32,000 nt of DNA, taken from the NCBI RefSeq assembly GCF_001574435.1, contig NZ_LOCN01000001.1, positions 297,801-329,800 on the forward strand, read 5' to 3'. The translations under genes were made by a program, and so were the position numbers. Source of the stretch: Moritella sp. JT01. Lineage in GTDB: Bacteria > Pseudomonadota > Gammaproteobacteria > Enterobacterales > Moritellaceae. This document shows positions 1-6,925 of this stretch, piece after piece; position 1 is the stretch's first letter; each line of letters starts with the position of its first letter. Under the pieces are notes generated by a model, which did no database searches, was not told the origin of the DNA, and saw nothing but the letters and a program-made list of their open reading frames with translations.

Positions 1-116
1 GTAGTTAATTTATAGCCAAATAAGTTAAAAACAAGCCTTTCTGTTTAAAAATGTGATTAAATTTCAAAAACACTTTATCTTTAGATAAAACGCTGTATTA
101 TACGCTCCATTGCTGC

Positions 117-207
117 GGAGGGGTGGCAGAGTGGCCGAATGCACTGGTCTTGAAAACCAGCAGGGGTTAATAGCTCCTCGAGAGTTCAAATCTCTCCTCC
201 TCCGCCA
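117..207 (+). tRNA. tRNA-Ser (anticodon UGA), copy 1 of 3 identical copies
   Basis: 91 nt. Acceptor stem GGAGGGG/CTCCTCC followed by G-CCA. Anticodon loop CTTGAAA gives anticodon TGA. Long variable arm (AGGGG..CTCCT). T-arm AGAGTTCAAATCTCT. Closely resembles E. coli tRNA-Ser(UGA). Confidence 0.93.
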
Positions 208-220
208 TCTATATAGAGAA

Positions 221-251
221 AGGCGCTATCTGAAAAGGTAGCGCCTTTTTT
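221..251 (+). terminator. Rho-independent terminator after tRNA-Ser copy 1
   Basis: Stem AGGCGCTA / TAGCGCCT with a 10-nt loop, followed by a T6 run. Confidence 0.75.
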
Positions 252-518
252 GCATTTTAGCATCCCTCATCTATCTAATTTTGACAGTGAATATTCTCAC
301 GATTTTGGTTTAGCCGAACTTCTTGCTTTACTCGCATATTGTGTCGTTTCGTTAACATAACGTTTATTTATCTTTATCCATATCAATTCGCACACTCTAT
401 TTGTTGGATTACAGTGCGAAGCGAGTGAAAAGTAAACGGTCAGGTCGTTGGACGTGTTTTTTTAGCTTCTAGATATTTACAACGCTCAATCATATCTCTA
501 CTATACGTTCATTGCTGC

Positions 519-609
519 GGAGGGGTGGCAGAGTGGCCGAATGCACTGGTCTTGAAAACCAGCAGGGGTTAATAGCTCCTCGAGAGTTCAAATCTCTCCT
601 CCTCCGCCA
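519..609 (+). tRNA. tRNA-Ser (anticodon UGA), copy 2
   Basis: Sequence identical to 117-207, located 402 bp downstream of copy 1. Confidence 0.93.
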
Positions 610-622
610 TCTATATAGAGAA

Positions 623-653
623 AGGCGCTATCTGAAAAGGTAGCGCCTTTTTT
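623..653 (+). terminator. Rho-independent terminator after tRNA-Ser copy 2
   Basis: Same AGGCGCTA...TAGCGCCT hairpin plus T-run as at 221-251. Confidence 0.75.
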
Positions 654-893
654 GCATCTTAAGCCTTATTCTTCTTTCATCACGCCACTGCTTCTTTGCC
701 ATTATTCTTCAGTGTAGTTTATTCCCACCGTTATTCTCGGATAAACATATCGAATCTGATATTTTTTAAACACTTGCTTTACGCTGTCGCTAGGAAGTTG
801 ATCAAGTTGGTTTTATTTTGTGCGAAGTTTGAAGGTTTGGTCTTTTTACTTTACAACTGGACGCTGTATCTCTATTATACGCTCCATTGCTGC

Positions 894-984
894 GGAGGGG
901 TGGCAGAGTGGCCGAATGCACTGGTCTTGAAAACCAGCAGGGGTTAATAGCTCCTCGAGAGTTCAAATCTCTCCTCCTCCGCCA
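894..984 (+). tRNA. tRNA-Ser (anticodon UGA), copy 3
   Basis: Sequence identical to 117-207, located 375 bp downstream of copy 2. Confidence 0.93.
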
Positions 985-996
985 TCTATATAGAGA

Positions 997-1030
997 AGCC
1001 GGTACTTATTTATTTGAGTACCGGCTTTTT
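997..1030. terminator. Hairpin terminator between convergent tRNA-Ser copy 3 and the minus-strand small CDS (possibly bidirectional)
   Basis: 10-bp stem AGCCGGTACT / AGTACCGGCT with a 10-nt loop and T5 on the + strand. It lies between the tRNA 3' end (984) and the stop of the minus-strand CDS (1060). It differs from the terminator of copies 1 and 2. Confidence 0.7.
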
Positions 1031-1059
1031 GCTATTTGGTATTATTTAATCTCTCTAAT

Positions 1060-1221
1060 TTATTCAGTTTCTTCAAGCTGTGCGGCACGTTGTGCATTCC
1101 ATCGTTTTCGTTGTTCGTAGTAATAATCCCAAACACAAGGGCAGCAAGCGCCACCACCACAACAATCATCATCTGCGGGTGGGTAGGGTTTTTCTATTAA
1201 CTGTGGTTGCGGTTTTTCCAT
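1060..1221 (-). CDS. Small (53 aa) Cys-rich protein, oxidoreductase-like-domain family (function unknown)
   Basis: I shortened ORF 1060..1275 to the internal ATG at 1221 (MEKPQPQLIEKPYPPADDDCCGGGACCPCVWDYYYEQRKRW...), which has an AAGGA Shine-Dalgarno about 9 nt upstream. The P-rich segment followed by DDCCGGGACxxCVWDxY matches my recollection of the small Oxidored-like domain proteins (Pfam Oxidored-like). No homology search was run. Confidence 0.6.
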   Translation of the reverse strand: MEKPQPQLIEKPYPPADDDCCGGGACCPCVWDYYYEQRKRWNAQRAAQLEETE

Positions 1222-1325
1222 TGATTTATCCTTTTCGCTAGCGATAGACAAAATGTAACATATTTTCAATGGCACTGATCAAATCAGTGGTGGTTAATTA
1301 ATAAGCTGTATTATCAATAATAAAA

Positions 1326-1367
1326 ATGTATAAGGCCTTTATATAGATATATAAAGGCCTTATACAT
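1326..1367. repeat. 42-bp near-perfect palindrome (20-bp arms, 2-bp spacer) in the divergent intergenic region
   Basis: ATGTATAAGGCCTTTATATA-GA-TATATAAAGGCCTTATACAT. The arms are exact reverse complements. An A-rich run lies on the left flank, which reads as a T-run on the minus strand. Confidence 0.9.
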
Positions 1368-1595
1368 AGCTTGATATTTCATGTTTTTTTAGTAACTATG
1401 TTTATTTTGCTAACTGAACCGCATTTTAGCTTTAAAGTAATATAGTTATTAAATTATTGATATATAATGCCATATTATTATTTTGTATAAATATATTAGC
1501 TTCTATGGTTAACTTAAGCGTAAAAATAACAACCTATTTTTGGCCATCTAATGTATTATGTTCTTTAGAAATTATGTGTATGCGGAGATATTCTT

Positions 1596-2240
1596 TTGAT
1601 TAATGTATTCCTTGTCGATGATCACGAATTAGTCCGTACCGGGATTCGCCGAATTCTTGAAGATGTACGTGGTATTAAAGTCGTGGGTGAAGTTTCATGC
1701 GGAGAGGATGCCGTTCAGTTTTGTCGAGAAAATCAACCTGATGTGATCTTGATGGATATGAACATGCCAGGTATTGGCGGATTAGAAGCTACTCGCAAAA
1801 TTTTACGGAACAATGCTGATATTAAAATTATCGTATTAACGATACACACGGAAGAACCATTCCCAAGCAAAGTAATGCAAGCTGGTGGTGCAGGCTATTT
1901 AACTAAAAGTGCAGCACCTGACGAAGTGTTAAGTGCAATTCGTAAAGTACATAGTGGTCAGCGTTATATTGCACCTGAAATTGCACAACAGATGGCATTA
2001 AGTCAATTTTCGTCTGCAGATGAAAACCCTTTCCAAAGTCTGTCAGAGCGTGAATTACAAATCATGATGATGATTACGAAAGGGCAACGAGTGGTCGATA
2101 TTGCCGAACAATTACACCTTAACTCTAAGACGGTTAATGCTTATCGCTATCGCCTATTCAGTAAGCTTAATATTAATGGTGACGTAGAACTGACTCACCT
2201 TGCGATCAGGCACGGTATCTTAGATGCAGATACACTATAA
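1596..2240 (+). CDS. uvrY: Two-component response regulator UvrY/GacA/VarA (REC + LuxR-type HTH)
   Basis: TTG start gives MINVFLVDDHELVRTGIRRILED..., collinear with E. coli UvrY (MINVLLVDDHELVRAGIRRILED...). Receiver Asp lies in DVILMDMNMPGIGG. C-terminal HTH is LSERELQIMMMITKGQRVVDIAEQL..KTVNAYRYRLFSKL. GGAG Shine-Dalgarno upstream. Sits in the conserved uvrY-uvrC synteny. Confidence 0.93.
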   Translation: MINVFLVDDHELVRTGIRRILEDVRGIKVVGEVSCGEDAVQFCRENQPDVILMDMNMPGIGGLEATRKILRNNADIKIIVLTIHTEEPFPSKVMQAGGAGYLTKSAAPDEVLSAIRKVHSGQRYIAPEIAQQMALSQFSSADENPFQSLSERELQIMMMITKGQRVVDIAEQLHLNSKTVNAYRYRLFSKLNINGDVELTHLAIRHGILDADTL

Positions 2241-2299
2241 TCAAGCATGACCTTACTTAATTTAAATTGAGAAAGATGCCTTCGGGCGTCTTTTATTTT

Positions 2300-4153
2300 A
2301 TGCCTTCAAAAGAACAATTCAATCATCAAGATTTCTTGAAAACCGTTTCACACCAACCCGGTGTTTACCGTATGTATGACCATAAAGATGTGGTTATTTA
2401 TGTCGGTAAAGCGAAAGATCTACATAAACGCCTAACCAGTTATTTTAGAAAAACCGTCGATCGTGAAAAAACGCGTGTATTAGTCACCCATATTACGAGT
2501 ATTGATGTCACCGTTACGCATTCTGAAACCGAAGCGTTAGTGCTTGAGCATACTTATATTAAACGCTATCAGCCACGTTATAATGTTTCACTACGTGATG
2601 ATAAGTCTTACCCTTACATTTTGATAACCGATCATAAGCATCCGCAATTAACGTCTATTCGTAATAAAAATAAGCGTAAAGGCCAATATTTTGGTCCCTA
2701 TCCAAGTGGCAGTGCTGTACGAGAAAGTTTGCATTTAATGCAAAAGCTATTTCCTGTGCGTCAGTGTGAAGATAGCTATTATCAAAATCGTTCACGTCCG
2801 TGTTTACAATTCCAACTTAAGCGGTGCTTAGGCCCTTGTGTAAAAATGGACAATCCTGAGGAATATCAACAGCAAGTTGAACTGGCTGCACTATTTTTGA
2901 AGGGTAAAAATATTGACGTGATTAATGAATTAGTGATTAAGATGGAGAAAGCCAGTCAACAGTTAGCATTTGAAGAAGCGGCACGCTATCGCGATCAGAT
3001 ACAAGCATTAAGAACGATTCAAGAGCAGCAGTATGTAATATCTGATTTAGGTGAGATGGACGTTATCGGGTTTGCCTTTAAAAATGGTATCGCCTGTGTA
3101 CATTTGTTATTCGTACGCTCGGGTAAAGTGTTTGGTAGTCGTAGTTATTTTCCTAAAGTGCCTGCAAATACAGAAATGAGTGAAGTGATTCAGGCATTTT
3201 TATTACAGTATTACTTGAATAAAGAGACTGAACAGGCGATCCCTAAGGAAATATTGTTAACGGAACTTGCTGAAGATAATGACTTGATTGAATCAAGTTT
3301 AAGTCAACTTGCGGGTCGTAAAATAAAGCTAACTAGCCCTAAACGAGGGGACAGATCTAAGTTTTTAAGGTTGGCGCTTACTAACGCTGAAACGGCTTTA
3401 ACAACAAAGCTAGCAACGAAAAGCACGGTACTTAATCGTTTTAAAGAATTAGAAAAAGTATTAAAATTTGATGGTAAAATCCAACGTATGGAATGTTTTG
3501 ACATTAGTCATACCGGCGGTGAACAGACGGTTGCTTCATGCGTTGTATTTAATCGAGATGGGCCCAATAAAGCAGATTATCGACACTTTAATATCAGTGG
3601 GATCACGGGCGGGGATGATTATGCCGCGATGGCACAAGTATTGGAACGCCGCTTTAAGAAGGTTACTGAAGTCGACAAAATACCTGATATTCTATTCATC
3701 GATGGTGGTAAAGGGCAAATGACACAGGCGGAGCAAGTGCTAACTCAATACGCTGATAATTTTACTGTTAAACGGCCCAAAATCATTGGTATTGCTAAAG
3801 GCGTGACGCGTAAAGCAGGTTTAGAAACGTTAATCTTGTCGGGTGCGTTGGATAATGTACCTGATATAGAATTCTACTTACCCAGTGATTCAGCAGCGTT
3901 GCATCTTGTTCAACATATTCGTGATGAATCTCACCGTTTTGCGATTACTGGTCATCGCGCTCGTCGTAATAAAGTTAAACGTACCAGCCCTTTAGAAAAT
4001 ATTGCAGGTGTTGGACCGAAGCGCCGCCAAGCATTACTTAAATTTATGGGCGGATTACAGCAATTACGTCGTGCGAGTAGGGAAGAAATAGCAAAAATAC
4101 CAGGTATAAGTATTGATTTAGCAGAAAAAATTTATGATTCATTGCATCAATAA
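2300..4153 (+). CDS. uvrC: Excinuclease ABC subunit C (UvrC)
   Basis: GIY-YIG motif (GVYRMYD...[14 protein letters not shown]), UVR domain ([14 protein letters not shown]), C-terminal HhH ([35 protein letters not shown]). Start moved from the TTG at 2267 to the ATG at 2300 ([16 protein letters not shown]...) to match the E. coli N-terminus. The start is uncertain by 11 codons. Confidence 0.93.
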   Translation: MPSKEQFNHQDFLKTVSHQPGVYRMYDHKDVVIYVGKAKDLHKRLTSYFRKTVDREKTRVLVTHITSIDVTVTHSETEALVLEHTYIKRYQPRYNVSLRDDKSYPYILITDHKHPQLTSIRNKNKRKGQYFGPYPSGSAVRESLHLMQKLFPVRQCEDSYYQNRSRPCLQFQLKRCLGPCVKMDNPEEYQQQVELAALFLKGKNIDVINELVIKMEKASQQLAFEEAARYRDQIQALRTIQEQQYVISDLGEMDVIGFAFKNGIACVHLLFVRSGKVFGSRSYFPKVPANTEMSEVIQAFLLQYYLNKETEQAIPKEILLTELAEDNDLIESSLSQLAGRKIKLTSPKRGDRSKFLRLALTNAETALTTKLATKSTVLNRFKELEKVLKFDGKIQRMECFDISHTGGEQTVASCVVFNRDGPNKADYRHFNISGITGGDDYAAMAQVLERRFKKVTEVDKIPDILFIDGGKGQMTQAEQVLTQYADNFTVKRPKIIGIAKGVTRKAGLETLILSGALDNVPDIEFYLPSDSAALHLVQHIRDESHRFAITGHRARRNKVKRTSPLENIAGVGPKRRQALLKFMGGLQQLRRASREEIAKIPGISIDLAEKIYDSLHQ

Positions 4154-4193
4154 GCAAGATATAGGACTATAGGGATGTTTCAATTTCAAAAGC

Positions 4194-4781
4194 ATGAGAA
4201 TAATGAAAAACATACCAAATATTTTAACTTTGTTTCGCGTGATTTTAATTCCTTTTTTTGTTCTCGCGTTTTATTTACCAATTGAAAATTCGTTTTATAT
4301 TGCTGCATGGATCTTTTTTGTTGCAGGTGCAACTGACTACCTTGATGGTTATTTAGCTCGACGTTGGGATGTATCAAGTAAACTGGGTGCTTTCCTTGAT
4401 CCTGTCGCAGATAAAATAATGGTTATCACTGCATTAGTGATGGTTGCGGGTGATCACGACCGTATCGCAGCGACTGTCGGCGAACACAGTGCATTGTGGA
4501 TCATGATCCCAACACTCATCATGATTGGCCGAGAGTTGGCTATTTCAGGCTTACGAGAATGGATGGCGGACTTGGGCAAACGTGCTAATGTTGCTGTCGG
4601 TAATGCGGGTAAATGGAAAACAAGCCTTCAAATGATGGCGTTAGGCGGTTTCGTTTGGCAACAAGGCCCTTGGATGGTTTACCTTGCTTATATCGTGTTT
4701 TATGCCGCGATGGTGTTAACGATTATTTCTATGGTGCAGTACTTTTCTGCGGCGTGGGGCGAGTTAATGAGTGATGATTAA
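4194..4781 (+). CDS. pgsA: CDP-diacylglycerol--glycerol-3-phosphate 3-phosphatidyltransferase (PgsA)
   Basis: NIPNILTLFRVILIPFFVLAFYLP plus the CDP-alcohol phosphatidyltransferase motif DYLDGYLARRWDVSSKLGAFLDPVADK. Collinear with E. coli PgsA. The alternative start at 4203 (MKNIP) is equally plausible. Confidence 0.92.
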   Translation: MRIMKNIPNILTLFRVILIPFFVLAFYLPIENSFYIAAWIFFVAGATDYLDGYLARRWDVSSKLGAFLDPVADKIMVITALVMVAGDHDRIAATVGEHSALWIMIPTLIMIGRELAISGLREWMADLGKRANVAVGNAGKWKTSLQMMALGGFVWQQGPWMVYLAYIVFYAAMVLTIISMVQYFSAAWGELMSDD

Positions 4782-4915
4782 AGTATAATTTCTATCGGCG
4801 ATATCGGTTGTTTTGGAGTATCGCGCCATTTCGGTGGTATTACCCCCTTTTTAGCTAAAAAACAGACCGGTTAGGTTGAAACGTAAGCGTTTTAATCAAT
4901 GCGATTAAAAGGGTG

Positions 4916-4943
4916 TTGACTCTGTCTTTTAGGTCTGTAGAAT
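4916..4943 (+). promoter_or_regulatory. Sigma70-type promoter of the tRNA Leu/Cys operon
   Basis: TTGACT, 16-nt spacer, TAGAAT, then a GC-rich discriminator (GCGTCAGC) typical of stable-RNA promoters. Located about 70 nt upstream of the first tRNA-Leu. Confidence 0.6.
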
Positions 4944-5011
4944 GCGTCAGCACATAGGGGCTAAAGCAGTTTAATTAAAACAGCTTAGATGATATGTAAA
5001 AAGAATTCTGT

Positions 5012-5097
5012 GCCCGAGTGGTGAAATCGGTAGACACAAGGGATTTAAAATCCCTCGCTTAATAGGCGTGCCGGTTCAATTCCGGCCTCGGGCACCA
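5012..5097 (+). tRNA. tRNA-Leu (anticodon UAA), copy 1
   Basis: 86 nt. Acceptor GCCCGAG/CTCGGGC followed by A-CCA. Anticodon loop TTTAAAA gives TAA. Long variable arm. Similar to E. coli leuZ. Confidence 0.93.
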
Positions 5098-5148
5098 ATT
5101 TCTTTTTGTTAGATATAACGTTAAACATATACTTTAAATAAAATATTT

Positions 5149-5222
5149 GGCGGGTTGGCAGAGTGGCTATGCAGCGGATTGCAAATCCGTGGACCTCGAT
5201 TCGACTTCGGGACCCGCCTCCA
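5149..5222 (+). tRNA. tRNA-Cys (anticodon GCA), copy 1
   Basis: 74 nt. GGCGGGT...ACCCGCC-T-CCA. Anticodon arm GCGGATTGCAAATCCGT. Collinear with E. coli cysT. Confidence 0.92.
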
Positions 5223-5289
5223 TGATTTAAGCTTGAAAGAGCAAGTTTGTTGGTTCTGCACTGGAACGAATAAATTATAAAAATTCAGT

Positions 5290-5375
5290 GCCCGAGTGGT
5301 GAAATCGGTAGACACAAGGGATTTAAAATCCCTCGCTTAATAGGCGTGCCGGTTCAATTCCGGCCTCGGGCACCA
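5290..5375 (+). tRNA. tRNA-Leu (anticodon UAA), copy 2
   Basis: Identical to 5012-5097. Confidence 0.93.
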
Positions 5376-5462
5376 ATTAATACAAATACTAGAAATAGTA
5401 TATCTCGCTAAGATGTAAAATTAGCACCCTGTATTAGCAACGAAAGTTGTGATGGCAGGATA

Positions 5463-5536
5463 TGGCGGGTTGGCAGAGTGGCTATGCAGCGGATTGCAAA
5501 TCCGTGGACCTCGATTCGACTTCGGGACCCGCCTCC
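5463..5536 (+). tRNA. tRNA-Cys (anticodon GCA), copy 2
   Basis: Identical to 5149-5222. The Cys-Leu spacer is also duplicated, with 2 substitutions. Confidence 0.92.
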
Positions 5537-5604
5537 ATGATTTAAGCTTGAAAGAGCAAGTTTATTGGTTCTGCACTGGAACCAATAAATTATAAAAATT
5601 CAGT

Positions 5605-5690
5605 GCCCGAGTGGTGAAATCGGTAGACACAAGGGATTTAAAATCCCTCGCTTAATAGGCGTGCCGGTTCAATTCCGGCCTCGGGCACCA
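5605..5690 (+). tRNA. tRNA-Leu (anticodon UAA), copy 3
   Basis: Identical to 5012-5097. Confidence 0.93.
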
Positions 5691-5698
5691 ACTTTTAT

Positions 5699-5727
5699 AA
5701 AAAACCAGCTTATAGCTGGTTTTTTTA
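5699..5727 (+). terminator. Rho-independent terminator ending the tRNA operon
   Basis: AAAAACCAGCT-TAT-AGCTGGTTTTTTT: a 7-bp GC-containing stem extended by A/T pairs, followed by a T7 run. Confidence 0.8.
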
Positions 5728-5946
5728 TGCCTGAAATTTACCTATGCACTAAAACCAGCGATTTCCTTTGTTCGGAATTATCTGATTTAATCAAAGTCGG
5801 CTTGTTCGGATAACGTTTTGTATTGTAGTTTTTGGTGTTAGTCGATTCCACATTGAACTGTAAACAATTGTCGATTGTAAAATCGTTGTGATAATAAGCA
5901 TATTGAATTTATTTTCAACCATCTGATATATATATAAAGGTTTTCA

Positions 5947-5974
5947 TTGACTCATATTTAGAATGCGGTAAAGT
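5947..5974 (+). promoter_or_regulatory. Candidate sigma70 promoter for the solo tRNA-Leu
   Basis: TTGACT, 16 nt, TAAAGT, then GAGCGC. A TAGAATGCG block shared with the 4916 promoter is also present, but at a non-functional spacing from the TTGACT, so the exact -10 is uncertain. Confidence 0.4.
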
Positions 5975-6019
5975 GAGCGCATATCCGGTTAGGCAGCTAG
6001 CTTAATTGTTTATCACTCA

Positions 6020-6105
6020 GCCCGAGTGGTGAAATCGGTAGACACAAGGGATTTAAAATCCCTCGCTTAATAGGCGTGCCGGTTCAATTCCGGCCTCGGG
6101 CACCA
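6020..6105 (+). tRNA. tRNA-Leu (anticodon UAA), copy 4 (solo transcription unit)
   Basis: Identical to 5012-5097, separated from the array by a terminator and 330 bp. Confidence 0.93.
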
Positions 6106-6115
6106 AATTTAGAAA

Positions 6116-6143
6116 AAGGCTTACCATTAGGTAAGCCTTTTTT
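6116..6143 (+). terminator. Rho-independent terminator after the solo tRNA-Leu
   Basis: AAGGCTTACC-ATTA-GGTAAGCCTT: a 10-bp stem followed by a T-run. Confidence 0.85.
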
Positions 6144-6228
6144 GCTTTCTGGCATTTAAAATAATTCTTGTTTCTTCTATTCCAAGTGCTTATGATACGT
6201 AATTATACTTTATGATTATTTGTCTTCT

Positions 6229-6702
6229 ATGCTACTTCGATTGATGCGCTATTTTACTCTGTTATTTGTTATGGTTATGGGCTTTAATGCTCAGGCTGAC
6301 ACATACACAGAATTAGCGATACCATCAACACCGTTATTAGCGCCAGCCTCTTTACTTGTAAATGCGAATGAAGCGGGTACTGCTTACCAAGATGTCGGTG
6401 AATCAGAACAACCCCCTGTCTCATCGCCAACTCATGCTTATGAATTTGCTTTAACGGAAACCTCCCGTTATACCAGTGCTGGTCGTTTACGGTTAAATAA
6501 TCCCGAACCGGACTATCAGATAGAGATTGAATTATCGATTCCACCATCAGCGTCGTTGGTGATCGGCTATGCGGTAAATATTAATTTCGAGCAATACTGG
6601 TTAACCGGCACATCTTTTTCTAAGTCGCGAATATCGGGCTGGAAAGACAGTAATTTATTATATTCTCACCGCCAATACCCCGCTGTTATTACCTCTGTTT
6701 AG
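6229..6702 (+). CDS. vemP: VemP-like secreted translation-arrest (secretion monitor) leader peptide for secDF
   Basis: About 157 aa from the ATG at 6229 (the track ORF starts at the TTG at 6220). N-terminal signal peptide MLLRLMRYFTLLFVMVMGFNAQA|DT. No other recognisable domain. The C-terminus ...GTSFSKSRISGWKDSNLLYSHRQYPAVITSV resembles the Vibrio alginolyticus VemP arrest motif as I recall it (HRISGWKETNAMYVALNSQ). Located directly upstream of a secDF pair that lacks yajC. The identification rests on motif recall plus context; no search was run. Confidence 0.62.
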   Translation: MLLRLMRYFTLLFVMVMGFNAQADTYTELAIPSTPLLAPASLLVNANEAGTAYQDVGESEQPPVSSPTHAYEFALTETSRYTSAGRLRLNNPEPDYQIEIELSIPPSASLVIGYAVNINFEQYWLTGTSFSKSRISGWKDSNLLYSHRQYPAVITSV

Positions 6703-6925
6703 ACAAAAATGTAAGTATTAACCATACTGCTTTTTTGTTGTATTTATCTGCTTAACTATCCTAGTTTCACTAGACATAATTACTAGAAATAGTACTGAAC
6801 ATAACGCGTTCATAACGCTCTTGTCAGGCTCTATAAGCAAGTTAATCACCAATATGCCTGCGTTTTATGTAAGAACGTTATATATCTATTTTCTATATAT
6901 ACCTTTTATATAGAAACGGGCATTG

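Noticed and set aside
696-1120. Track ORFs 696..947 (+) and 887..1120 (+)
   Set aside because: Both run straight through the third tRNA-Ser gene and its terminator. They have no Shine-Dalgarno and translate to low-complexity products. They are artefacts of an AT-rich spacer with few stop codons.
1222-1275. N-terminal extension (MPLKICYILSIASEKDKS) of the small Cys-rich ORF
   Set aside because: The internal ATG at 1221 has a well-spaced AAGGA Shine-Dalgarno, and the conserved part of the protein starts there. The upstream ATG overlaps a palindrome and has no ribosome-binding site.
1368-1595. CsrB/RsmY-like sRNA next to uvrY
   Set aside because: Such sRNAs carry many GGA motifs, and this AT-rich region has almost none on either strand. 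Only the orphan terminator-like palindrome is reported.
5121-5315. Track ORF 5121..5315 (-), 64 aa
   Set aside because: It lies antisense across tRNA-Cys copy 1 and into tRNA-Leu copy 2, and is not a plausible gene.
4916-6143. tRNA array as an integration hotspot carrying a genomic island
   Set aside because: There is no integrase, no partial 3'-tRNA direct repeat (all copies are full length and identical) and no foreign-looking cargo. The 330-bp gap before the fourth Leu holds only promoter-like sequence.
5387-6794. Identical 14-mer TACTAGAAATAGTA at 5387-5400 and 6781-6794 (a small GAAA-loop hairpin)
   Set aside because: In a 32-kb AT-rich window, one or more chance repeats of a 14-mer on either strand is expected. 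The flanks show no further similarity.
6710-6873. TGTAAG half-sites (6710-6715, 6868-6873) as possible UvrY/GacA boxes in the secD leader
   Set aside because: The GacA/UvrY box is a palindrome (TGTAAG-N6-CTTACA type). Neither site has the matching right half, and a hexamer alone is not informative.
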